This document shows, piece by piece, positions 9,331 through 18,459 of a stretch of DNA of 64,000 nt. The stretch is taken from positions 1 through 64,000 of the IMG/VR virus record IMGVR_UViG_3300033069_001185. One strand, written 5' to 3'. Position 1 is the stretch's first letter. The number at the start of each line of letters is the position of its first letter. Position numbers and translations under genes: made by a program. The notes below the pieces were generated by a model that was given only the letters and a program-made list of their open reading frames with translations, ran no database searches and was not told where the DNA came from. The stretch comes from a virus (lineage: Duplodnaviria > Caudoviricetes).

Positions 9331-9494
9331 AGAGTGTCTGTGGGAGTTGAACCCACAACTGTAAAATAGTTTTTCGTTTGGCCTCACTTCACCTAGAGTG
9401 CTGAAGTTATCAGCAACCACGAATACAAAAGATTCATAGTTCCTTTGCGGCTTTCGCCTAACTATTTCGCCTCTGCCGTTGGGCTAAGACACCC
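9331..9494 (-). ncRNA. tRNA-like RNA with ~90-nt structured insertion in place of the anticodon loop
   Basis: acceptor GGGTGTCT/AGACACTC, D arm GCC-CAACGGCAGA-GGC, stem AAATAGTT/AACTATTT, T arm GTGGG-TTCAACT-CCCAC. Confidence 0.8.
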
Positions 9495-9501
9495 ACCCGG
9501 C

Positions 9502-9753
9502 TTAAACAGCCACCGGAACAGATTGCGACCCTTCAACCGCTACGGTTGCGGTTGAAACGGTTGGGGTAGTGGGAGGATTGAGGGCTGCCAAGACTTCCGT
9601 TCGGAGTTCGTAGATACGGTTCGGACGCATGATGGTGCCGAACTGCTCCTTGATACGGCGCTGAGCCTCAGTTCCTGTCATGGCGTTGTTGTTGCGGAAG
9701 AGTTCACGGACGAAGGTTTCGCGTTCAGCTACTACGGTCTTTGAGAGTCGCAT
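9502..9753 (-). CDS. small basic protein, possibly DNA-binding
   Basis: RBS AAGGA, own promoter, helical Arg-rich N-terminus. Confidence 0.6.
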   Translation of the reverse strand: MRLSKTVVAERETFVRELFRNNNAMTGTEAQRRIKEQFGTIMRPNRIYELRTEVLAALNPPTTPTVSTATVAVEGSQSVPVAV

Positions 9754-9797
9754 TTTGTTTGTTCCTTTTGTTTGGTTTAGGTTTTGCTACGTTTATT

Positions 9798-9827
9798 GGT
9801 ATACCACACTGCTCTTTGTTATGTCAA
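9798..9827 (-). promoter_or_regulatory. sigma70-type early promoter for small gene plus tRNA pair
   Basis: TTGACA-18-TATACC with TG extension. Confidence 0.65.
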
Positions 9828-9870
9828 ACTTTATTCGAACTTCTTGATATCACCTTGTTTGATCGGGTAT

Positions 9871-10023
9871 TCAGGTTTCATCGGGTTTCACCTTCTTGCG
9901 GGCCAGCTTCTTGTTCTGTTCTTTCTTCTTGTCTTTCTGAGTACCGGACTTGGTTGCGCCCTTGATAATAGCAAGGATCAGGTAGTCTCGCCCGTTATTC
10001 AGTTGCTTAGGGTTCTTTTTCAT
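9871..10023 (-). CDS. small Lys-rich protein
   Basis: MKKNPK... ORF. Confidence 0.5.
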   Translation of the reverse strand: MKKNPKQLNNGRDYLILAIIKGATKSGTQKDKKKEQNKKLARKKVKPDET

Positions 10024-10033
10024 TGGCGGGCCT

Positions 10034-10321
10034 TCAGCGATACCAAGCGGCATATTGTTGGCTCAGGAACTTGTCAAAGCTTTCGATGAGGGCTTCGTTC
10101 CAGCCACTGAAACGTGCAACACCCCACCTGAATCCAATTGAAATTCGCTCTCCGTCTTCGGCCTCAAACTGCCAATACCCAGTATAGCCCAAATCATATT
10201 CGTCAATGTTGATTGTGTGGCGACCAAACATTTCCTGCATTTGCTGCTCTGTAATTTTAATGGTGGGGTAGCCAAGAAAACAGCCGCCGAAGTCATGCTC
10301 TTTGGTTTTTGTGAAGTTCAT
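10034..10321 (-). CDS. hypothetical early protein, probably leaderless
   Basis: ATG 6 nt after -10. Confidence 0.7.
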   Translation of the reverse strand: MNFTKTKEHDFGGCFLGYPTIKITEQQMQEMFGRHTINIDEYDLGYTGYWQFEAEDGERISIGFRWGVARFSGWNEALIESFDKFLSQQYAAWYR

Positions 10322-10327
10322 ATGGTG

Positions 10328-10357
10328 GTTATATCAAAACTATTGATAGTTCGTCAA
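10328..10357 (-). promoter_or_regulatory. sigma70-type early promoter
   Basis: TTGACG-18-TATAAC. Confidence 0.75.
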
Positions 10358-10361
10358 GGGC

Positions 10362-10375
10362 TAATCTTTAATGCA
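10362..10375 (+). promoter_or_regulatory. putative late promoter, predicted +1 is A of ATG
   Basis: TAATCT-N6-C-ATG. Confidence 0.75.
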
Positions 10376-11319
10376 TGGAAACTTTATTTATCAGTCTTTT
10401 TGCAAACGATATCGACCACAAAGAAGAACAAGCCTCTACTCATAATGAGTCGGCTGAAATGCGTCGTATCACCCAAGAACTCGAACGAGGAGCTAGGGTA
10501 TTGCACTCTTGGGTACTGACACATTCCGGTGAGATTATATCAAAAATAGGCAATGTCGCTAGGGTTTCTGTTCCCTTAGAGTATGTATCAGAGTTGGAAG
10601 ACGTTGTAAAGAACTATGAATCGGCTGTTCAGTCAACCGTTGCGGTTGGAGTCGGGCTTTCGACCAACGAGGCAGATCGTGCGTTGCAGGTCAGTATCAA
10701 AACCGGCGGATCTTGCATTACGTTCTATACCGAAGAAGTCGAAAAGCAACTGGAAGAGCAAGACGAAGAAGACAAGGAAGACGGCATTGCCCACTTGGAA
10801 AGATACCTAGACAAGTCAGAACATCCAAAACAGAAACAGTTTGAACAGCATGTTCAGGCAAAAGAGTCTATCAAAAGAAAGGTAGAGGAAGATCAGCAAG
10901 CCACAGAATCTGCCCAGACCGTCAAGGCTCAGGTATTGCAATTGCTTCAAGAGCTTAAAGAACAGGCTCCGGTCATCGAACAGCTCAAAGAACAAGCACC
11001 CGACGTATATCAATCCGTAACGAACATGGTCAATGGTGTGGCCCTTATGGCTCGTGAACTAGCAAAACAAAAGCCAGAGGAAATGGCTAAGGCTATCAAA
11101 GCGAAACACCTCAAAATGAACTACATGCCGAACTTCCACTTGCCAGCCGGTCCGGGAACTTCTCATGGAAAGGGCGGCAAGCTAAAAGTGATGCACTCTA
11201 ATGGTAAAACCACTTGGATTAGTGTACGTGCTGGCATGATTATGAGCCCCGAGGGTCGTCCTACTTCTAGCCGCCATCCTTCTGGCTACAAGCCAGAGGA
11301 TCATGACGAAAATCCATAA
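10375..11319 (+). CDS. putative head-associated late protein
   Basis: LDKSE, MAKAI motifs, coiled coil. Confidence 0.55.
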   Translation: METLFISLFANDIDHKEEQASTHNESAEMRRITQELERGARVLHSWVLTHSGEIISKIGNVARVSVPLEYVSELEDVVKNYESAVQSTVAVGVGLSTNEADRALQVSIKTGGSCITFYTEEVEKQLEEQDEEDKEDGIAHLERYLDKSEHPKQKQFEQHVQAKESIKRKVEEDQQATESAQTVKAQVLQLLQELKEQAPVIEQLKEQAPDVYQSVTNMVNGVALMARELAKQKPEEMAKAIKAKHLKMNYMPNFHLPAGPGTSHGKGGKLKVMHSNGKTTWISVRAGMIMSPEGRPTSSRHPSGYKPEDHDENP

Positions 11320-12893
11320 TGTTCTACATCCATCTAGACCTTTCAGATCTGCTTGAACTGAAAGACATGAAAAAGAAGATTGAAGCCAAGGCTCAGGACG
11401 AGCTTCGAATGATTACGCTTGCTACCCATGCACGTATTGTTGAGAACGTACAGTCCAAGCTGAAGTCAACCAGAGAGAAATACCTACAGGCCCTTTCTTA
11501 CAGCCAAGTCTCGGACGACACTTGGATTATCAATCTAGACTCGAAAGCCATGTGGATCGAAGAAGGGAAGCCACCCGGAGAGACGATTGACGATCTATTG
11601 AAATCGCCTAAGGCAAAGACAGCAAAAGATGGTTGCGTGCTTAATCCCAGAAATAAGGTTCTAACGTCCCTTGGGTGGAAGAAAATTAAAGATATAATTC
11701 CCGGAGATATGGTTTTGACGCATAGCGGCAAATTTCGGGAAGTCAAGAGCCTTTTGATACAAAAGGGCGGTGTGGGTACGGAGTATGTTATCATAAAACC
11801 AGCTTCAGTCCCCGGTAAACCAAACGGCAAAAACTCAGAGCTTGTTTCCCCGTCAATGTCGCTCACGATAGATCATCCGGTTTTGACCCAAAGAGGCTGG
11901 ATTGCCGCAGGAGAACTGCGAAAAAATGATTTGTTGGCGTCTCCTGCGGATCTTAAAAATCTCTGTATAAACTGTGGCGAGCCCATTCCTATCAATGTCT
12001 TGGGCCTAAAAACGTGTTTGAATAACAGATGTGCTAGACAGATAGCGTGTAAAGAAGGAAGGATTTTCCCGTTTTCTAAAGAACAGAGACGCAAGTTTGG
12101 AAAGGTAGCCCATGCCAAAGCGAAGGCTATGGGTGTTTTTGATAGATCTGACTGGGGTTCTAGGAATCCCGAGACGCTGAAAAATATGCGCGATGGTTCT
12201 GCCCGGTCGATGAGGGCGAGGATAAGAGACGGCAAGTGGGAGCCAGAGGCTGGTGAATTAGGCGTGGCTTGGGTCAAGATCCGAACCATCAAGAGGGGTG
12301 TAGTCAATAGGCCAGATCACATATATGCGAATAAATACGATATACAGTTAGAGGCAGAAGAACACAGTTTCTGTTGCGAAACCGTGTTTATTCATAACAG
12401 CAAATATCTCGCCGTTCCATTCCAGCATAACAAAAATCCAACAGCCCAGACTCAGGCTCAGAATTCACTTACAGCTACTATCAAAGCTGAAATGCAAAAG
12501 CGTAAAATCCCGTTTGGTAAAATCGAAAAGGACGATCAGGGCAAGCCAAAGCAAGGGCTGCTCCATTCATTCTCTATCACGGATTCACCTATAAAGACAC
12601 ACCAAGGTTCTGGGCAAGGTCACGGTCCTATCGGCTCCGTTAGACAAGGCCCCACAGGTATTCCTTTCCTGAAGGGTGTCAAAGTATATCAAAAAGAAGT
12701 CGTAGGCAAATCCGGCAAAAAGTCAATACAAAAGCAAATCATGACGTTCCGTATTGTTAGTTCCAAGATGAAAGGAACTGGTCGCTGGTTTCATCCGGGC
12801 GTTGAAGCAAAGCACTTCATGGACGAAGCACTCGATTGGGCCAAGAAAGAGTTTGAAAAGACTATGAAGGACAGAATCAGCGCTGAGATTTAA
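11319..12893 (+). CDS. putative neck/tail-completion protein containing an intein
   Basis: C-terminal W.HPG.EAKHFM motif; position before terminator and sheath. Confidence 0.6.
   Translation: MFYIHLDLSDLLELKDMKKKIEAKAQDELRMITLATHARIVENVQSKLKSTREKYLQALSYSQVSDDTWIINLDSKAMWIEEGKPPGETIDDLLKSPKAKTAKDGCVLNPRNKVLTSLGWKKIKDIIPGDMVLTHSGKFREVKSLLIQKGGVGTEYVIIKPASVPGKPNGKNSELVSPSMSLTIDHPVLTQRGWIAAGELRKNDLLASPADLKNLCINCGEPIPINVLGLKTCLNNRCARQIACKEGRIFPFSKEQRRKFGKVAHAKAKAMGVFDRSDWGSRNPETLKNMRDGSARSMRARIRDGKWEPEAGELGVAWVKIRTIKRGVVNRPDHIYANKYDIQLEAEEHSFCCETVFIHNSKYLAVPFQHNKNPTAQTQAQNSLTATIKAEMQKRKIPFGKIEKDDQGKPKQGLLHSFSITDSPIKTHQGSGQGHGPIGSVRQGPTGIPFLKGVKVYQKEVVGKSGKKSIQKQIMTFRIVSSKMKGTGRWFHPGVEAKHFMDEALDWAKKEFEKTMKDRISAEI
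11634..12398 (+). mobile_element. intein (255 aa) with apparently degenerate endonuclease region
   Basis: G|CVLNP...GWKKIKDIIPGDMVLTH, T.DHP block B, YDIQLE...HSF...IHN|S. Confidence 0.92.
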
Positions 12894-12894
12894 A

Positions 12895-13200
12895 TTACTC
12901 GTCCGGAGTTTGTTTTAGCTTGTGTATAGCGGAATTGAGCACATCTACCATATCGTTAGTAGAGATCATATCGTTATAGTGCGTATTGTTGAATGTTTCG
13001 GCAGACTTACCTAGTACATCTACTACTTTGTACATTGTATCAATAATCCACTTTGCACGATAGCCTTCTACCCGCTCCCCACGATCCAGTGCGGCTTTCA
13101 TTTCAGCTCGCCTTTCGGCACCGTACTTTAGCCTATTGGCTTGATTGCAGCTAAACTGAATAAAAACAACGTTAGCAAAATCTTTAATGCTCTGGTTCAT
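12895..13200 (-). CDS. hypothetical protein (single-gene island)
   Basis: GAGGG RBS before ATG 13200. Confidence 0.6.
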   Translation of the reverse strand: MNQSIKDFANVVFIQFSCNQANRLKYGAERRAEMKAALDRGERVEGYRAKWIIDTMYKVVDVLGKSAETFNNTHYNDMISTNDMVDVLNSAIHKLKQTPDE

Positions 13201-13212
13201 CGAAACCCTCGG

Positions 13213-13226
13213 TAATCTTATTGATA
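13213..13226 (+). promoter_or_regulatory. putative late promoter
   Basis: TAATCT-N6-TA. Confidence 0.75.
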
Positions 13227-13245
13227 TTCTAGCACAGAAGGTTAA

Positions 13246-14205
13246 ATGTCCATTATCACCAAGCCACCTGACGACGTTTATGGTATCCACCCATCGGATA
13301 TCATAATCCGTTCGGCTATTATTGACGGCCTTGAAGACCTCAGGAAAAACCCTTGGTTGCTTGACTATGTTTTTGCCGCGTTGCCGAAAGATGCTGCCAC
13401 TAGCAAAAAGTATGGGGACAAAGATATAGCGGCTGCTAAGTCTTGGTTTCTGAAAACCGAAATTCCAGTATCAATATCTCCAAGACTCGATGAAGGACGC
13501 TGGCCTAGAATATCAATCGAGTTGGCATCTTCGGTTGAGGCTGAGAATACGCTATCTGACCTACACTACTCTCCTGTAGAGATTTTATCAATACCAAACA
13601 ATCCTCTGACGAGTCCTTTCACTCCTCTTTATGATAGTCAGGCCGGGAAAATTACCCTTCCTGCTAGTGTTCTGGAAGAACTTTACCCCGTTGCTGGTCA
13701 AAAAATCGTAGATAAGACCGGGAACGAGCACGATATATTGTCAGTAGACGGTCTCGATCTGTTTGTAAAGCCCAATTTGATACTGGATCTAAGAGATGCT
13801 GTGATCAAAGGCTCTCTTCCGACCACAGCAGTACATATGGAGTCTGCTAATTTCAGGGAAACCTATCAAATTGGCGTATTTGTAGGCTCAGAAGCCGTTT
13901 ACTTAAGCTGGCTACACTCTATTGTAGTATTTATTCTGCTTAGATACAGAGAAACATTGTTAGAAGGACGAGGCTTTGAGCGATCTAGCTTCACTTCCAG
14001 TGACTTCATGCGTGATGAGTCGTTTGGACAAGAGATTGTCTATGCCCGTTTCATTACTATCAATGGTGTCGTCAGACAATACTGGCCTAAAGCGGTTGAG
14101 TCGCTGGTTTCGAATGTCCGTTTTGATAAATTAAAGGTAATCGGTGGAGATAATCTGCCAGAAATCGATCCGAATGACGCTTTGTGGGTCGGAGATAAAG
14201 ATTAA
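13246..14205 (+). CDS. putative tail terminator/completion protein
   Basis: P.ISI motif and position upstream of sheath. Confidence 0.5.
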   Translation: MSIITKPPDDVYGIHPSDIIIRSAIIDGLEDLRKNPWLLDYVFAALPKDAATSKKYGDKDIAAAKSWFLKTEIPVSISPRLDEGRWPRISIELASSVEAENTLSDLHYSPVEILSIPNNPLTSPFTPLYDSQAGKITLPASVLEELYPVAGQKIVDKTGNEHDILSVDGLDLFVKPNLILDLRDAVIKGSLPTTAVHMESANFRETYQIGVFVGSEAVYLSWLHSIVVFILLRYRETLLEGRGFERSSFTSSDFMRDESFGQEIVYARFITINGVVRQYWPKAVESLVSNVRFDKLKVIGGDNLPEIDPNDALWVGDKD

Positions 14206-14212
14206 TCAAACG

Positions 14213-14226
14213 TAATCTTATTGATA
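14213..14226 (+). promoter_or_regulatory. putative late promoter
   Basis: TAATCTTATTGATA identical to 13213. Confidence 0.75.
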
Positions 14227-14245
14227 TATTTGGGAGACTTTTATT

Positions 14246-15082
14246 GTGAGCAAAAACGACCAAGGCAGTGAGCTTAGCAAGAGCATAATGGAAAAGATCG
14301 AAAAGATCAAGATCCAGCTTAAACAAATCTCCGACAGAGAACTCAAAAAGTCTCTGATTCCGGTCCATAACCACAATCCGGGATCGGTAGTAGGCGGTGG
14401 GATTGAAGACGTACCATACGGTAAGGTCAATCCCAAAGGTACGGCAAAAGCCGAAAAGTGCATGAAGTGTGGGCATATGCACCAAGCGCTAGATAAGTGT
14501 GGCGAAATGAAGAAGACAGCCAAGTCTCCTATTCTAGGCCGAAAGTCAACCAAGAAATCAGAGTTAGTTGACGCAAAGGGTAATCGATCGAGCAATTCTG
14601 AAAACACTCCGTTCCCTGTCAAAGCCGACGGAACCGGTATGAAAGAAGTAAAGGCAGAAGGCTCAGGCGGTAAGGTAGTCAAAAAGGCCGAACCGCCCAT
14701 GGCCAAACCGCCATCAGGCGTGAACATGGCTACTAAAGTTCCTGTGTCAAAACCCGGCAAAGCCCCCAAAATGGGCACTGGGCTCGACAAGGGCATTCTA
14801 ACCGAAGCCGCCAAGCGTTCCGATCCCGTGTCCGCTGCCGCCTCAGCACATGCAGCTTCTAAGGAACCCAAGATCAAGCTACCCGGTGCCTCAGAACAAG
14901 CTACTCGTGCTAGCAATTTCAGCGCCGCCGGTGCGGGTGCATTCCAACCCAAAGGTCCCGTTAGTTCAGGTCTTGAACTCGACGATTCAAAACGGGCTGC
15001 CCCAAAACTTGCTTCACCCAAAGCGGCTGGTGTCGTCGCGACTAAGCCCGGAATCTTTGGGCGGCTAATGGGTAAGAAATAA
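14246..15082 (+). CDS. Lys/Pro/Ala-rich putative internal head protein
   Basis: several LxK[SAG]-like motifs, CxxC-H-H-C cluster. Confidence 0.55.
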   Translation: MSKNDQGSELSKSIMEKIEKIKIQLKQISDRELKKSLIPVHNHNPGSVVGGGIEDVPYGKVNPKGTAKAEKCMKCGHMHQALDKCGEMKKTAKSPILGRKSTKKSELVDAKGNRSSNSENTPFPVKADGTGMKEVKAEGSGGKVVKKAEPPMAKPPSGVNMATKVPVSKPGKAPKMGTGLDKGILTEAAKRSDPVSAAASAHAASKEPKIKLPGASEQATRASNFSAAGAGAFQPKGPVSSGLELDDSKRAAPKLASPKAAGVVATKPGIFGRLMGKK

Positions 15083-15085
15083 CAT

Positions 15086-15099
15086 TAATCTTTCTGCTA
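15086..15099 (+). promoter_or_regulatory. putative late promoter
   Basis: TAATCT-N6-TA before sheath. Confidence 0.75.
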
Positions 15100-15115
15100 T
15101 CGGAGAATATATCAA

Positions 15116-17629
15116 ATGGCTCAATCTTTATCAACTACCTCAGGCGTCGCTTATATCCCCGGTGGATATAGCACTATCAGAGTCCAGAACGGTACTTCTG
15201 GCCTAGCCACTTCTGGCGTTCTACTCTTGGTGGGCGAAGCCGATCAGGGTGATGCTTACACGCTTGAGACGGATTTGGAAAACAACTCATTCGGTCCAGA
15301 CCAGTTAGCCGATGTACAATTGAAATACGGCTCAGGGCCTCTTGTTGATGCATTCCGAGCGGCTTGTGCTCCGGCTGACGATCCACAAATCGGCGGCTCG
15401 TTTGCCAAAGCCGTTATGGTTAAGACCAACGCCTCAACCAAGGCCTCAGGTAATCTAACCAATGTTGCGTCTGGTACTTACGGTACGCTTGTAGCAAAAT
15501 CTTCTGGCAAAGTTGGCAATCTCATTACGTATGTAGTCACTGCCGATACCTCGGAAGCGTTGCCCACGACTGGTGCCTTTACTTGGGTTCCTAACGTTGC
15601 CTCACTCAATGCGGACTTCCGTGTTACCGGTGCGGCTTCGGTTCCGCTAACTGTAGGCGTAAATACCAGCCCTTCGGCTTTTGTTACTGCCGTTGACGGT
15701 TTGTCAGGCGTTGCTGCAACCGGTGGCGCTACCCGTGGCGTACTACCCGGCCTAGCTGCTGGTACTTTGGCTCTCTCTGCCGTTGCGAATGCGGTTACCA
15801 TCACCCGATCGGTAGCTTTCGCAGTTACTCCTACCGTTGGCGATACCATGATTATCCCCACTGGCTCAGTTCTTTCATCTTGGAATGACCAAAATGTCGG
15901 TGGATACGTAGTCACTGGTGTTACCTCAACCACGATTTCAGCCACCAAGCTGTCAGACGCCGGTAAGGCGCTAGGTCCTGCTCCGGTTGCAGGCGTAGTC
16001 ACCGCTCCGGTTGCTGTAAATACTACTGCAATGGCTGCCACCTCAGACGTACAATGCTTCGCTCCTGTCACCATCACCCTAGAAGCTGGCTCAGTAGTTG
16101 ACGGTGTTGGCAAAACTCTGGAAATCAATGCGCTGACTACAGGAACTGACTTACTGACCCGTTGCGCCTATGCCGGTTCGATCACTCCTGTCACTTTCAT
16201 TTCAACATCCGCTACTCCTGTCGTGATTGCTGCGACTTCGGAATACAAAGCCAAACTCACTGTATCACGGGCTGTTGATAACTTGCAAGAGATTCTAACT
16301 GCTGGCGGCGACATCGCTCTCAAAGTTAGCTATACCGGTACTACTGCAACCGTTACCATTACCGATACTGCGGTTACTTCAGTCGTTGCTGGTGGTTCAG
16401 GAGCTGCTCTTCCGGCCATTACCCTAGCTGATTATCCTACTATTGCGGATTTGGCAAGCTTTATCAATGCGCAGACCGGCTGGAAGGCTGCGGTAGGCTC
16501 AGCCGCTGCTGGAAATCTACCCACCAGCGCTCTTGACAATGGCACTTTTAATGTTTGCTCAACCTTCGGCGCACATGTTGGCCGAATCAAAGCAGACGGT
16601 TACAACTTCTTCAATACTATCAAAGACGGTTCGGCGCTTGTCCAGCTAAACACTACTCCAACTCAGGCCGCTGCTGGGTTGCCAGTCGTTGCTGCTCTCG
16701 CCTATTTGGCCGGTGGATTGAAAGGTTCAACCACCAGTGAAGAGGTTCTCGCTGCGATTGATGCGCTGGAAGCCGTCCACGGTAACTTCGTAATCCCGCT
16801 CTTTAGCCAAGACGCCAGCCGCGATATCATTGCTGGCCTAACGGAAAGCGGCTCGACGTATACCATTGAGGCTATCAATCTAGCCGTCAAGACCCACGTA
16901 CTCAAGATGTCAACGCTGAAGAAACGCCGGAATCGTCAGGCGTTTCTATCAATCGAAGACACCTTTGCCAATCAGAAAGAAGCGGCTTCGAATCTAAGCT
17001 CAAGCCGTTGCTCAGTCGCTTTCCAAGACTTCAAGCAACTCACTTCAGCCGGTACTATCAAACAGTTCCAGCCTTGGATGGGTGCGGTCATTGCCGCTGC
17101 CATGCAGGCCGCTGGTTTCTATAAGGCTATTTTCTTCAAAGGTATCAATACTGTTGGCACGGTCCATGCAGATGGTAGCTTCAAAGAAAACAACGACAGT
17201 CAGGTTGAGGAAGCACTGAAGGCCGGTCTCATGCCAGCCCGCAAGGCACAGACTGGCGGGTTTATCTGGGTTTCGGATCAGACCAGTTATATCAAAGACG
17301 AGAACTTTGTCTATAACTCAGTTCAGGCTGTCTACACTGCTGACCTGATTGCGCTAACCACTGCTCAAAAAATGGAAAAAGCGTTCGTTGGACAGTCGGT
17401 TGCCGATATCTCAGCAGCGCTGGCCCTATCATACCTAGAAGGCCTCATGGCTGAGTTCCTAAGACTCAAGCTCATTGCACCTTCTGACGACGCACTGAAG
17501 GGTTTCAAGAACGCCAAGATCCGAATCAACGGTGGGTCAATGTTTGTCAGCGTCGAAATCAAACTCGCTGGCGCTCTCTACTTCTCATTGATTGACTTCT
17601 TGGTTAGCCCGGTTGTTCAGTCAGCGTAA
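15116..17629 (+). CDS. tail sheath protein
   Basis: Y.PG.Y start, VGEAD.G, YGSGPLVDA, sheath-type C-terminus; followed by tube. Confidence 0.9.
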   Translation: MAQSLSTTSGVAYIPGGYSTIRVQNGTSGLATSGVLLLVGEADQGDAYTLETDLENNSFGPDQLADVQLKYGSGPLVDAFRAACAPADDPQIGGSFAKAVMVKTNASTKASGNLTNVASGTYGTLVAKSSGKVGNLITYVVTADTSEALPTTGAFTWVPNVASLNADFRVTGAASVPLTVGVNTSPSAFVTAVDGLSGVAATGGATRGVLPGLAAGTLALSAVANAVTITRSVAFAVTPTVGDTMIIPTGSVLSSWNDQNVGGYVVTGVTSTTISATKLSDAGKALGPAPVAGVVTAPVAVNTTAMAATSDVQCFAPVTITLEAGSVVDGVGKTLEINALTTGTDLLTRCAYAGSITPVTFISTSATPVVIAATSEYKAKLTVSRAVDNLQEILTAGGDIALKVSYTGTTATVTITDTAVTSVVAGGSGAALPAITLADYPTIADLASFINAQTGWKAAVGSAAAGNLPTSALDNGTFNVCSTFGAHVGRIKADGYNFFNTIKDGSALVQLNTTPTQAAAGLPVVAALAYLAGGLKGSTTSEEVLAAIDALEAVHGNFVIPLFSQDASRDIIAGLTESGSTYTIEAINLAVKTHVLKMSTLKKRRNRQAFLSIEDTFANQKEAASNLSSSRCSVAFQDFKQLTSAGTIKQFQPWMGAVIAAAMQAAGFYKAIFFKGINTVGTVHADGSFKENNDSQVEEALKAGLMPARKAQTGGFIWVSDQTSYIKDENFVYNSVQAVYTADLIALTTAQKMEKAFVGQSVADISAALALSYLEGLMAEFLRLKLIAPSDDALKGFKNAKIRINGGSMFVSVEIKLAGALYFSLIDFLVSPVVQSA

Positions 17630-17651
17630 TTTCAACAAAGGATAAAATCAT

Positions 17652-18125
17652 ATGGCAGCTAAAACTGTAACGGGCGCAAGAGCGCAAGTCATGATCGGAA
17701 ACAAGATCGTTGGCATTTTTAACAATATCAGCTTCGGTCTGAATTACGACTTGGCACCTATTTATGTGCTGGGCCGATATACGGCTGCGGAGACTGTATT
17801 TACGGCACAGGAAGTTGTCTCGGTATCTGCTACCGGGTTCCGTGCTGTTGGTGCGGGTCCATTTGAAGCCGTGAGCTTGCCATATCTTAAGCAACTCATG
17901 GGCCATGAATACATCGAATTGGCTGTTTTTGATAGACAAACCAACCGAAAGATTGCCCAGATCCACGAAGTCAGACCTACTGGCTTTAGCACCTCAATCG
18001 GCGCTCGCGGTATCGAAGAAATTTCAGTTTCGTTTACAGGCATCTCACTGGAAGACGAATCGACCGACGGTCAGGGTTCGGCAGGTCCAGACGGCGAGCT
18101 TCCCAACGCTACTCCGAAGTTCTAA
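17652..18125 (+). CDS. tail tube protein
   Basis: 157 aa after sheath; TGARA.V.I...IVG, PIYVLG. Confidence 0.85.
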   Translation: MAAKTVTGARAQVMIGNKIVGIFNNISFGLNYDLAPIYVLGRYTAAETVFTAQEVVSVSATGFRAVGAGPFEAVSLPYLKQLMGHEYIELAVFDRQTNRKIAQIHEVRPTGFSTSIGARGIEEISVSFTGISLEDESTDGQGSAGPDGELPNATPKF

Positions 18126-18149
18126 CATTTAGTTTCAGTATCAATAACG

Positions 18150-18187
18150 AACACCCCTTACTTAACGGTTTGGGGTGTTTTTATTTT
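18150..18187 (+). terminator. intrinsic terminator after sheath-tube
   Basis: AACACCCC...GGGGTGTT then T tract. Confidence 0.7.
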
Positions 18188-18459
18188 CGGGAAAGCTTGA
18201 TCTTTTTCAATTCTTTTTTAAGCGCCCTAAGTCCCTTTAAAAGGGCTTTGAGCTTCTTCGTAAGCAAAGCGTCGGCGTTTTTAGTGGCTTGTGCGTCTTG
18301 GATAGCTTTTTTGTCAATCTTTTTATTGGTTTTTTTCATCGTTTTAGTGCTCCTAACTCCACAAATGCTGCCCTTGGGACTTTCGTAACAAGGAACCCCA
18401 TTAACATCAAAGTGACAGTTTCCTTCGTCGTCGTACCAGTTAGGCATTCGCGTCCTCAA
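18181..18459 (-). CDS. small basic protein
   Basis: ORF overlapping ligase end. Confidence 0.45.
   Translation of the reverse strand: MRTRMPNWYDDEGNCHFDVNGVPCYESPKGSICGVRSTKTMKKTNKKIDKKAIQDAQATKNADALLTKKLKALLKGLRALKKELKKIKLSRK

Noticed and set aside
9365-9415. Hammerhead ribozyme in the insert (CTGATAA...GAAA)
   Set aside because: Core differs from CUGANGA and stems do not fit the topology
9331-9494. tmRNA or self-splicing group I intron
   Set aside because: Only ~165 nt, has a real D stem, no G3:U70 and no evident tag ORF; insert far too small for a group I core
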